Positions 16,187-24,249 of a stretch of 64,000 bases of DNA are shown piece by piece. Below the pieces are notes generated by a model. That model ran no database searches. It saw only the letters and a list, made by a program, of their open reading frames with translations, and was not told the origin of the DNA. A program made the translations under genes and the position numbers. Location of the stretch: NCBI GenBank assembly GCA_028717245.1, contig JAQUOD010000003.1, positions 21,636-85,635 on the forward strand, given 5' to 3'. Origin of the DNA: Candidatus Omnitrophota bacterium. Its GTDB lineage: Bacteria; Omnitrophota; Gorgyraeia; Gygaellales; Profunditerraquicolaceae. Numbering within the stretch: position 1 is the stretch's first letter; each line of letters opens with the position of its first letter.

Positions 16187-16848
16187 AGAATGAGAGCCCC
16201 GTATATCTGTTTATCGGCCAGGATAGTTTTTCCAAAGATATACGGCTGAACAGGATAAAAGAAGAATTCCTCGATAAAAACACGCAGCACTTTAACCTCG
16301 ATATACTCTACGCCAGGGAATTGAAACTCCCTCACCTGCAGGAAAGATTGTTATCCCTGCCCGTCAAAGCAAAAAAAAGAATCATCGTCATAAAAGACAG
16401 CCAGGATTTAAAAGAAGAGGTTAAGGAATTTCTCCTGAGGTATGTAAAGAAGCCCGAAGCCAGGGTGGTCCTGATTTTAGATGCGGATAAATCTTCGCCC
16501 AGGGATGATTTTTTCAGGCAGCTCATGCGGCATGCTTTGACCTGCCGTTTCAGGGAAACAGTGAACTTAGACGCCTTTGTCTTAAGCCGTTCCATAGATT
16601 TTAAAAAGACAGGCCATGCCTTATGGGTACTCAGTCAGCTTTTAAAAAACGGCGAGAAACCGGAACGGATTTTAGGGGGTTTGAGATATTCCTGGGAAAA
16701 TAGCGTGGCCCATTCTTTAGAGACAAGAAGGAAAATGAAAGCCCTGCTTAATTGCGATATCGATATTAAGACTGGAAGGTTAAAGCCCGACTTTGTCCTG
16801 GAGAGGTTGGTAGTGAAACTATGCGGTCCGGTTAAGCCTTCGGGCTAA
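16180..16848 (+). CDS. DNA polymerase III delta subunit-like protein (short)
   Basis: N-terminal YLFIGQD..., typical HolA start; 222 aa. Confidence 0.45.
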   Translation: MVKNESPVYLFIGQDSFSKDIRLNRIKEEFLDKNTQHFNLDILYARELKLPHLQERLLSLPVKAKKRIIVIKDSQDLKEEVKEFLLRYVKKPEARVVLILDADKSSPRDDFFRQLMRHALTCRFRETVNLDAFVLSRSIDFKKTGHALWVLSQLLKNGEKPERILGGLRYSWENSVAHSLETRRKMKALLNCDIDIKTGRLKPDFVLERLVVKLCGPVKPSG

Positions 16849-17082
16849 ACGCGATTTCTTGCGGCTGGCGGTGTTGGAATGGATGACTCTTTTTTTTGCG
16901 GCTTTATCCAGTTGAGAAAAAATCTTTATCAGGTAAGTCTTTGCCTCGTTGATATTCTTGGCCGAAATCAAAGCCTGGAATTTCTTTAAGGCTTTTTTCA
17001 GTTCTTTTTTTATTTTGAGGTTGCGCAGGTGCCTTTTTTTATCCGTACGGTTTCTTTTTAAAGAAGTTCTACGCCTTGGCAT
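16819..17082 (-). CDS. rpsT: 30S ribosomal protein S20
   Basis: Highly basic 87 aa: MPRRRTSLKRNRTDKKRHLRNLKIKKELKKALKKF... Confidence 0.8.
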   Translation of the reverse strand: MPRRRTSLKRNRTDKKRHLRNLKIKKELKKALKKFQALISAKNINEAKTYLIKIFSQLDKAAKKRVIHSNTASRKKSRLARRLNRTA

Positions 17083-17100
17083 ATTCTTCTCCTTTTTAAA

Positions 17101-17150
17101 TGAGCACATAAGTTACGGAATAAAATGACGTAACTTATAAGTGCGAATTA
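17101..17150. repeat. Hairpin element TGAGCACATAAGTTA-loop-TAACTTAT(A/G)(A/T)GTGCGAA (copy 1 of 2)
   Basis: Same element recurs at 21923-21990. Confidence 0.6.
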
Positions 17151-17249
17151 AACCCGCCAAAGTTCTATGGCGGATAAATTCGGTCAAATAATTTATGGTC
17201 GCTGTCGCTCCATAAATTATGACCTCATTTATAACATAACAAATTCATT

Positions 17250-18830
17250 ATGTCAATAAACAAATCTATTGCCAAATCCGCCTCGGTCATTGCTTTTGCC
17301 ACCCTTTGCTCGCGCCTGCTGGGGTTTATCCGCGATGTGGTTATTGCCCGCCTCTTCGGTGTTTATGTTTATGCCCAGGCCTTTGTCGTAGCCTTTAAAA
17401 TCCCCAATCTATTCCGTGATTTAGTGGGGGAAGGCGCAACTAACGCTGCGTTTGTCCCGGTGTTTAGCGAATACGCGCTAAAGCACAATAAAGATGAATT
17501 CTGGGAACTCGCTAATGTAGTTTTAAATCTCTTGCTGGTGGTAGTAACGGCGGTTACCCTGGCAGGCATAATATTTTCTCCCCTCTTAGTCAGGCTCATT
17601 GCCCCGGGTTTTATTTCCGACCCCCAAAAGTTAGAAATCACCGTTAGATTAAACCGGATTATCTTTCCTTATATCTTGTTAGTCAGCCTGGCAGCATATG
17701 CCATGGGGATACTTAATTCCCTGAAGCATTTCAGCTTCCCGGCGTTTGCGCCCTGCCTTTTGAATATCTCTATCATTATTTTTGCTTTGGTGTTTGGAGA
17801 AGGTAGTATAGCCGGCCTGGCTTTAGGTATTCTCGTAGGCGGGGTTTTGCAATTAGCTATCCAGGTGCCGGTTCTTTACCGCAAGGGCTTTCGCCTGCAT
17901 TTATTCCGTAGTTTCCGGCATCCCGCGGCAGGGGCCATCGGTAAATTGATGTTGCCGCGGGTTTTTAGCTCCGCGATTTACCAGCTGAATAATTTTGTGG
18001 ACTCCATATTCGGTTCCCTGGCTTCTATCGTTGGAGAAGGGGGTGTAGCAGCATTATATTTTGCTTACCGGTTGATTCTTTTTCCTATCGGGATTTTCAG
18101 TAACTCACTTGCGCAGGCAATACTGCCTACTTTATCTGTCCAGGCTGTAGAGGCCGAACATAACGAATTAAAACGCACACTCTCTTTTGGCCTGCGGGCA
18201 GCATTTTTTGTGATGCTGCCGGCATCTATCGGGTTTATGGTTTTAGCCCAGCCGATTATCCGGATTTTATTTGAGCATGGGAAGTTTGATCCTTATTCTA
18301 CGCAGATGACTGCAAATGCCCTCTTCTATTACAGCATTGGTTTGTTTGCCTACGGCTCAACCAAGATACTGCAGTCTTGTTTCTTTGCCTTAAAGGATAC
18401 GGCAACCCCGGCAAAGGTTTCGTTTATAACCCTTATCTTAAATATTATCTTGAATTTTATTCTCATGTATCCTTTAAAATTAGGCGGGCTGGCCCTGGCT
18501 ACCTCTATCTCCGCTATCATTACTTTTATCATCCTCTTTTTGCTATTGGAAAAAAAGATAGAGGGTTTTGAGGCAGGGGCGCTGGCGCTTTCTTTTATAC
18601 GTATACTCCTGGCTAGTATCTGTATGGGTGTAGTCTGCGCGCTGGTCTCCCGCAATATTGTCTTTGGCTACAACTTCCTGCCCAAGCTGCTCAATCTTAT
18701 CTTAACCATTATCGCCGGGGTTATCTCCTACATTGTTTTTTGTTTTATCTTGCGGGTAGGAGAAATACAGGAATTCTGGCGTTGGGTTGCAAAGAAGGGA
18801 CTGTCCCCGCAGAAAGCTAATCCGAAGTAA
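17250..18830 (+). CDS. murJ: Lipid II flippase MurJ (MviN)
   Basis: 526 aa; N-terminus SVIAFATLCSRLLGFIRDVVIARLFG...FVVAFKIPNLFRDLVGEGA is diagnostic for MurJ. Confidence 0.9.
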   Translation: MSINKSIAKSASVIAFATLCSRLLGFIRDVVIARLFGVYVYAQAFVVAFKIPNLFRDLVGEGATNAAFVPVFSEYALKHNKDEFWELANVVLNLLLVVVTAVTLAGIIFSPLLVRLIAPGFISDPQKLEITVRLNRIIFPYILLVSLAAYAMGILNSLKHFSFPAFAPCLLNISIIIFALVFGEGSIAGLALGILVGGVLQLAIQVPVLYRKGFRLHLFRSFRHPAAGAIGKLMLPRVFSSAIYQLNNFVDSIFGSLASIVGEGGVAALYFAYRLILFPIGIFSNSLAQAILPTLSVQAVEAEHNELKRTLSFGLRAAFFVMLPASIGFMVLAQPIIRILFEHGKFDPYSTQMTANALFYYSIGLFAYGSTKILQSCFFALKDTATPAKVSFITLILNIILNFILMYPLKLGGLALATSISAIITFIILFLLLEKKIEGFEAGALALSFIRILLASICMGVVCALVSRNIVFGYNFLPKLLNLILTIIAGVISYIVFCFILRVGEIQEFWRWVAKKGLSPQKANPK

Positions 18831-18859
18831 ACCAAGGGGACTGTCCCTGATAATTATAT

Positions 18860-18930
18860 TTTGCGGGTCCTGCCGCGGGGGCGCCTCTCGTCAAATTTTC
18901 CTCGAGGCATCCCCCGCGTCACCCGCAAAA
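18860..18930. repeat. GC-rich palindromic intergenic repeat element, type 1 (reverse orientation relative to 30418-30490)
   Basis: Reverse complement is near-identical to 30418-30490. Confidence 0.75.
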
Positions 18931-18983
18931 GAGATTAATTGATCTAGAATGAGGTGTTCTAAACTAGAAATAAGGAGATTTAC

Positions 18984-19373
18984 ATGGGAATAATTTTCCA
19001 GTTCATTTTTATATCTTACTTGGTGACTATATTTTTAATTGATAAGTTTAACTGGGGGAAATATTATATATTAAATTTGCTATTCTTTGCAGCAGCCTTA
19101 TTTTTTCCAAAGCAAATACTGGGGATGTATGGAAAGGGAGGAGGTAGAATAGAAACATTCGTATTTGTTACCTATACTTTTTTCATTTTTTATATGTTGC
19201 CATCTTTCTGTATCTTGCGAGCTCGTAAGTTATTAAAGGTTAAAATAAATTTTGCTATAGATTTTATAATTCAATGTTTTGCATTTTTTATTTTATGGTT
19301 ATTTTTTTATATTATCTTACTTTTCTTACCAATAAGTCGCTGGTCGATAAAAACAACGGGTGTTGGGCCATAA
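18984..19373 (+). CDS. Hypothetical small integral membrane protein, very AT-rich (likely foreign)
   Basis: 129-aa hydrophobic ORF; composition differs from neighbours. Confidence 0.35.
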   Translation: MGIIFQFIFISYLVTIFLIDKFNWGKYYILNLLFFAAALFFPKQILGMYGKGGGRIETFVFVTYTFFIFYMLPSFCILRARKLLKVKINFAIDFIIQCFAFFILWLFFYIILLFLPISRWSIKTTGVGP

Positions 19374-19382
19374 GGTAAAATA

Positions 19383-19650
19383 GTTATTTAAGTAACCAGT
19401 ATAATAGAAACAGTTTCCGATGCAATCGGGAACTGTACCTGTTTTAAGATAGGAACTGTACTTTTTAGCGGATGGCTTGGCTTGGTTTCGAGCAGGGCGT
19501 TTGCAGGCCGAGCGGGCACGGTTCCCCCGCTATTAAATTATCTATGCGAATAATAGACGCTTTCCGAGGTAATCGGGAAAGTGTACTTATATCAAGATAG
19601 AAAGTGTACCTTTTAGCGGGTGGCTTGGTTTCAAGCGGGTTTTATATTCA
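19383..19650. repeat. Two tandem ~125-bp direct repeat units, each containing TTCCGA(T/G)G(C/T)AATCGGGAA and a pair of 10-bp direct repeats (GGAACTGTAC / GAAAGTGTAC) followed by TTTAGCGG(A/G)TGGCTTGG
   Basis: Manual alignment of 19420-19520 against 19555-19650. Confidence 0.6.
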
Positions 19651-20160
19651 ATCTGCATGAAATCCTATTCTGCGTTTTGGTTGTTCAGGAGGAGCCATGA
19701 GTTCACGTATGGCTTCGAATACACCCTGTATTTCCGCGTCATGTTTCTCAATCCTTCGTTCCAATTCTTCTAATTTATGAGCCAATTCTTTATGGGTAGA
19801 GAGGATTCGTCTCAGTTTTACAAAAGCACGCATGATGGCTATATTGACCTGTATAGCTCTTTTGCTGCGTAATACGCTGGAAAGCATTGCTACGCCCTGC
19901 TCGGTAAAGGCATACGGCGGATGCCGCCTGCCACCCCAACTTGAAATCACAAATTGTGATTTCAAGTTCTTAAATTCTTCATCTGTTAACTGGAACATGA
20001 AATCTTCGGGGAATCTTTCTATATTGCGTTTTACTGCCTGAATTAGAGCCCTTATTTCTACTCCATAGAGCTTAGCAAGATGAATGCTTAGCATAACTTT
20101 TTGTCCATGTAACAAGAAAATTTTACGCTCAATTATCTCTTCCGGGATTAATTCTTTCAT
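19648..20160 (-). CDS. ORF6N-domain (KilA-N/Bro-N-like) DNA-binding protein, typically mobile-element associated
   Basis: 170 aa; [23 protein letters not shown]...[30 protein letters not shown] is the conserved ORF6N signature. Confidence 0.75.
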   Translation of the reverse strand: MKELIPEEIIERKIFLLHGQKVMLSIHLAKLYGVEIRALIQAVKRNIERFPEDFMFQLTDEEFKNLKSQFVISSWGGRRHPPYAFTEQGVAMLSSVLRSKRAIQVNIAIMRAFVKLRRILSTHKELAHKLEELERRIEKHDAEIQGVFEAIRELMAPPEQPKRRIGFHAD

Positions 20161-20215
20161 TTTTCCTCCTTTCTACTATAATAGACGCAAGAAGTTGTTA
20201 GATCTAACATGACTT

Positions 20216-20376
20216 TTAGCGGGTGGCTTGGGTGTTTTCGACAGCATGTAGTTTGTGCGAACGGTCAGGGTTCACCCGCTAATACGGAGTCGGTGAGAGT
20301 GAGCACAAACTTCAAGCGATCCGCCGTAGGCGGAGAGCGGTGCTGGAGAAAATACCCAAGCCAGGACCCGCTAAAA
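20216..20376. repeat. GC-rich palindromic intergenic repeat element, type 2 (~165 bp)
   Basis: Reverse complement matches 30192-30360 with few substitutions. Confidence 0.7.
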
Positions 20377-20385
20377 CCAAATAAT

Positions 20386-21612
20386 ATGAATAGATTGAAA
20401 GATATCGTTGCGAATTTGCCGGATACGCCGGGGGTTTATATTTTTAAGGATGCTGGCGGCGAGATTATTTATGTCGGCAAGGCCAAGTCTCTTAAAAAGC
20501 GCGTGCAGTCTTATTTTAGACGATTTCTTGCTACAAAGACCCAGCTAATGGTTGCCAAGATAGCGGAGATAGAATATAAGTTGTGCCAGACAGAGAGTTT
20601 GGCCCTCATACTTGAAGCGAGCCTCATACATAAATACACGCCCAGATATAATGTGTCCCTGCGCGATAATAAAAGCTTCCCGTTGGTAAAGATAACCCGC
20701 GAGGATTTTCCGGTTGTCTGTATCACCCGTAAAAAAGTCGCCGACGGCTCGCGCTATTTCGGGCCCTATACCAACGCCGGGCTGCTTAGAGAAGCGTTAA
20801 GGATTATCCGTAAATATTTTCCTTACCGCTCCTGCGAAAAAATGACGCAGGAAGCGCGGATGTACCGTAAGATCGGGCTTGCTCCTGTTTTGGATGAGAG
20901 AGGCAGAAAAGAATACGCCAAGACAATTGAAAATATTTCTTTGATTTTAGAAGGCAAGACCGAAACCCTGATTAAGAAATTATCGCAGGAGATGATGACG
21001 AATTCCAGGGAACAGAAATTCGAAGAGGCAGCGAAAATCCGCGACCAGATAGAGGCCTTAAGCGTGATGTCAGAAGGCGCCGGACATTATAGCCGTAAAG
21101 AAGAATTAGAGGATTTAAAGAATCTGCTGCAGATGAAAAAATTACCCGTAAGAATCGAGGCCTTCGATATCTCTAACATTTACGGCAAAGAGGCCACGGG
21201 TTCTATGGTGAGTTTCTTTAAAGGCCTTGCCGATAAGGATAATTACCGTAAGTTCCGTATCAAGACCGTAGAAACAATAGATGACTATAAGATGCTGGCT
21301 GAAGTAGTCCGCAGGCGCTATTCCGGTTCGCTCTCAAAAGAGTTAGTATTGCCGGATTTAATCCTGATTGACGGAGGTAAATCTCATCTTGCGGTAGCTG
21401 ATAGAGAGTTGGGAAAATTAAACTTAAAAATACCCTTAGTCAGTATTGCTAAAGACAGGGAGAACATATATACTGAAGGCAGGAGCCGCCCTATAAATTT
21501 AGATTCAGATACGCCGGCGCTGAATTTAATCCGCAGGGTCCGCGATGAAGCGCATAGGTTCGCGGTTTCCTATCATCATCTCTTAAGAAGGAAGAAAGCC
21601 ATTGGCAGATAA
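20386..21612 (+). CDS. uvrC: Excinuclease ABC subunit C (short form lacking C-terminal HhH domain)
   Basis: GVYIFKD..GEIIYVGKAKSLKKRVQSYF (GIY-YIG), UVR motif EEAAKIRDQIEAL, and RNase H-like IEAFDISN..G domain. The longer ORF start at 20209 lies inside the repeat element. Confidence 0.8.
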   Translation: MNRLKDIVANLPDTPGVYIFKDAGGEIIYVGKAKSLKKRVQSYFRRFLATKTQLMVAKIAEIEYKLCQTESLALILEASLIHKYTPRYNVSLRDNKSFPLVKITREDFPVVCITRKKVADGSRYFGPYTNAGLLREALRIIRKYFPYRSCEKMTQEARMYRKIGLAPVLDERGRKEYAKTIENISLILEGKTETLIKKLSQEMMTNSREQKFEEAAKIRDQIEALSVMSEGAGHYSRKEELEDLKNLLQMKKLPVRIEAFDISNIYGKEATGSMVSFFKGLADKDNYRKFRIKTVETIDDYKMLAEVVRRRYSGSLSKELVLPDLILIDGGKSHLAVADRELGKLNLKIPLVSIAKDRENIYTEGRSRPINLDSDTPALNLIRRVRDEAHRFAVSYHHLLRRKKAIGR

Positions 21613-21919
21613 AAGATACGCAAGCATTAAAATTTGCGGGTTTAAAAAAATAACCCCTTTTGCCAAGAGAGTCTATAGGGTAGTATTAAATATTCCTTTG
21701 GGTGAAGTGCGTAGTTATGCCTGGGTGGCGCAGAAAATCGGCTGCCCTAAAGCCGCGCGCGCAGTAGGGCAGGTTTTAAAACGCAATCCCTGGCCCTTGA
21801 TTATTCCCTGCCACCGGGTAATTTCTGCGGACGGGAAACTCACCGGTTATTCCTCCGGAATAAAAAAGAAAAAGCTGCTTTTAGATTTAGAGAAGCAATT
21901 AAGCAAAGATATGGTATAA
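21602..21919 (+). CDS. Methylated-DNA-protein-cysteine methyltransferase DNA-binding domain protein (MGMT/Ogt family)
   Basis: Active-site motif IPCHRVI and the preceding HTH. Confidence 0.75.
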   Translation: MADKRYASIKICGFKKITPFAKRVYRVVLNIPLGEVRSYAWVAQKIGCPKAARAVGQVLKRNPWPLIIPCHRVISADGKLTGYSSGIKKKKLLLDLEKQLSKDMV

Positions 21920-21922
21920 TAA

Positions 21923-21990
21923 GTGAGCACATAAGTTATGGAGATGGCTGTTTATTAGCTAAGCGACATAACTTATGTGTGCGAACTTAT
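21923..21990. repeat. Hairpin element GAGCACATAAGTTATGG...CATAACTTATGTGTGCGAAC (copy 2 of 2), followed by the TTGACATC-GTTA-GATGTCAA palindrome upstream of pilT
   Basis: Compared with 17101-17150. Confidence 0.6.
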
Positions 21991-22039
21991 ACTTGACATC
22001 GTTAGATGTCAAGTATCTAATTATCACTGGAGGTGCGTA

Positions 22040-23113
22040 ATGAATATAAAAGGTTACCTGAAATTAATGATTGAGAAGAATGCCTCGGATATGTTCTACC
22101 GCGCCGGGGCAAATGTGCGCATGCGCATTGACAGCAAGGTAGTCTCTGTAGACGAGAAGATCATCAACCTGGATGAAGTCAATGACGCGGTCAAGGAATT
22201 GACTTCTAATGAGCTAAGGGACTTTTTCCAGAAAAACCTGGACGTGGATTTTGGCATATATCTACCGGAACTTGAGCATCGCTTTCGTATCAGTATCTTC
22301 ATGCAGCGTAACTGGCCGGCGCTGGTCATCAGAAACGTCCGTTCCGACGTCCAGACCTTTGAAGACCTGAACCTGCCGGGTAAGGTCCTGAAAGATTTAT
22401 CTATGGAGACCCGCGGCCTGGTACTTTTAACCGGCAGCGCGGGCAGCGGGAAATCCACTACTATTGCCAGCATGATCGAGCATATTAATATTAATAGCAA
22501 CAGGCATATTTTGACGGTAGAGGAGCCCATTGAATTTACCTTCAAAGACAAGAATTCCATTATTAACCAAAGGGAATTGGGTCGCGATGTCGCATCATAT
22601 GAGATGGCGCTGCGCGCTTTTACGTTGCAGAGCCCGGATGTCATATTTATCGGTAATATCCGCGACCATGAAACTATGGCCGCTGCCTTGACTGCCGCGG
22701 AAACCGGAGTATTGGTCTTAAGTACTTTGCATACCATTAATACCGCACAGAGCGTAGAGCGGATTATCAATTTTTTCTCTCCGTACCAGCATGAAGAAAT
22801 CAGGACGCAGCTATCTTCTCTTTTAAAAGGCGTAATCTCTCTGAGGCTGTTGCCTTTAAAAGACGCACCCGGGCGCATACCGGCCTATGAAACAATGCTC
22901 CTCACCCCTACCATCAGCCGGCTGATCAGGGAAGGAAAAATCTGGGAGATAACTCCTTTTATCGAAGACGGCACTATGTTCGGCATGCAGTCATTCAATC
23001 AATCCCTGGTAAAATTAGTCCGTGAAGGCAAGGTCAGCGAAGAGGTGGCCGTAAGCTTTTCGGATAATAAAGACGAATTTATCCTGGCCTTAAAAGGCAT
23101 CAAGAAGATATAA
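22040..23113 (+). CDS. pilT: Type IV pilus retraction ATPase PilT
   Basis: Walker A GSAGSGKSTT, PilT-type His box and AIRNLIRE-like LIREGK motif; GGAGGTG RBS. Confidence 0.85.
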   Translation: MNIKGYLKLMIEKNASDMFYRAGANVRMRIDSKVVSVDEKIINLDEVNDAVKELTSNELRDFFQKNLDVDFGIYLPELEHRFRISIFMQRNWPALVIRNVRSDVQTFEDLNLPGKVLKDLSMETRGLVLLTGSAGSGKSTTIASMIEHININSNRHILTVEEPIEFTFKDKNSIINQRELGRDVASYEMALRAFTLQSPDVIFIGNIRDHETMAAALTAAETGVLVLSTLHTINTAQSVERIINFFSPYQHEEIRTQLSSLLKGVISLRLLPLKDAPGRIPAYETMLLTPTISRLIREGKIWEITPFIEDGTMFGMQSFNQSLVKLVREGKVSEEVAVSFSDNKDEFILALKGIKKI

Positions 23114-23140
23114 AGTCCACCAGTCACGGAGGTATTTAAG

Positions 23141-24248
23141 ATGTTAGAAGAGATGAAATCTAAACTTTCCGCTATAGAGATCCAGTTGCAGAATTTAAGA
23201 GGTTATCTTTGATGTAGATAACAAGAAAGGCCTCATCGATGATTTAACCTCCCAGATGGCGAATCCCGGGTTCTGGAACGATGAAGAGAATTCCGGTAAA
23301 ATCGTAAAAAAACTAAAGTCTCTTAAGTCCGCAGTCGAACCCTGGGAGAACGCCCACCGTAAATACCAGGAATTAAAAGAACTCGTCGATATCCTCAAGG
23401 GCCAGGATAAGGAATTAATCGCTGACTTGACCGGAAATATCACGCTTCTTACGGGGGAAGTTGATAAGCTTGAATTCAGGACTCTTTTGGGCGGTGAGTT
23501 TGATAAGAGCAGCGCTATATTAAGTATTAATTCAGGCGCAGGCGGCACAGAGTCGTGCGACTGGGCGAGCATGCTTTTTCGCATGTATAGCCGTTTTGCC
23601 GAAAGCCACGGTTACGTCATAAATGCCACAGACGTGCTCTCCGGCGAAGAGGCAGGGATAAAGAATATTACCGCCCTGATTGAAGGAGAATATGCCTACG
23701 GTTATCTAAAGGCAGAGCGCGGGGTGCATCGGCTGGTGCGCATTTCGCCTTTTGACGCCAATAAGCGCAGGCACACCTCTTTTGCCTCGGTGGATGTCAT
23801 CCCTGAAATCGAAGAAGACGTAGATCTTAAAATAGAAGAAAAAGACTTGCGTATTGATGTATTCCGTTCTTCCGGCGCAGGCGGCCAGAGCGTAAATACC
23901 ACGGATTCGGCAGTAAGAATTACCCATCTGCCCAGCGGCATAGTTGCGCAGTGCCAGAACGAACGCTCCCAATACCAGAACAAGCAGACCGCCATGAAGA
24001 TATTGAAGGCGCGAATTTATGAGCTACAGAGGCGAAAGAAGGAAGAGCAGTTATTGAAACAATACGCAGGAGAAAAGAAAAGAATCGAATGGGGCAGCCA
24101 GATACGCTCCTATGTTATGCATCCTTATAGCCTCGTAAAAGACCACCGCACGGATTACGAAACCGGCGATGTAAATAAGATAATGGACGGCGGCCTGGAT
24201 GAATTTATCGAGGCGTATTTGAAACAGCAGGCGCGAAACAAACAATAA
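23141..24248 (+). CDS. prfB: Peptide chain release factor 2 with programmed +1 frameshift (frame 1: 23141-23209 ending CTT; T at 23210 skipped; frame 2: 23211-24248)
   Basis: Frame 1 reads [23 protein letters not shown] then TGA. The +1 frame continues [11 protein letters not shown]...PGFWND and then the full RF2 sequence (GGQ, SPF). AGAGGT SD-like element sits 3 nt upstream of CTT TGA T. Confidence 0.9.
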
Positions 24249-24249
24249 A

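Noticed and set aside
22096-22878. Long antisense ORFs (e.g. 22096-22878 opposite pilT, 24051-24734 opposite prfB/secA, 11632-12159 opposite leuS, 52305-53459 opposite cysK, 54885-55403, 42295-42852, 35816-36109, 6992-7780 opposite the coiled-coil gene)
   Set aside because: Each overlaps a well-supported gene on the other strand and has low-complexity or biased composition, typical of shadow ORFs. The A-rich coiled-coil coding region generates F/L-rich antisense ORFs.
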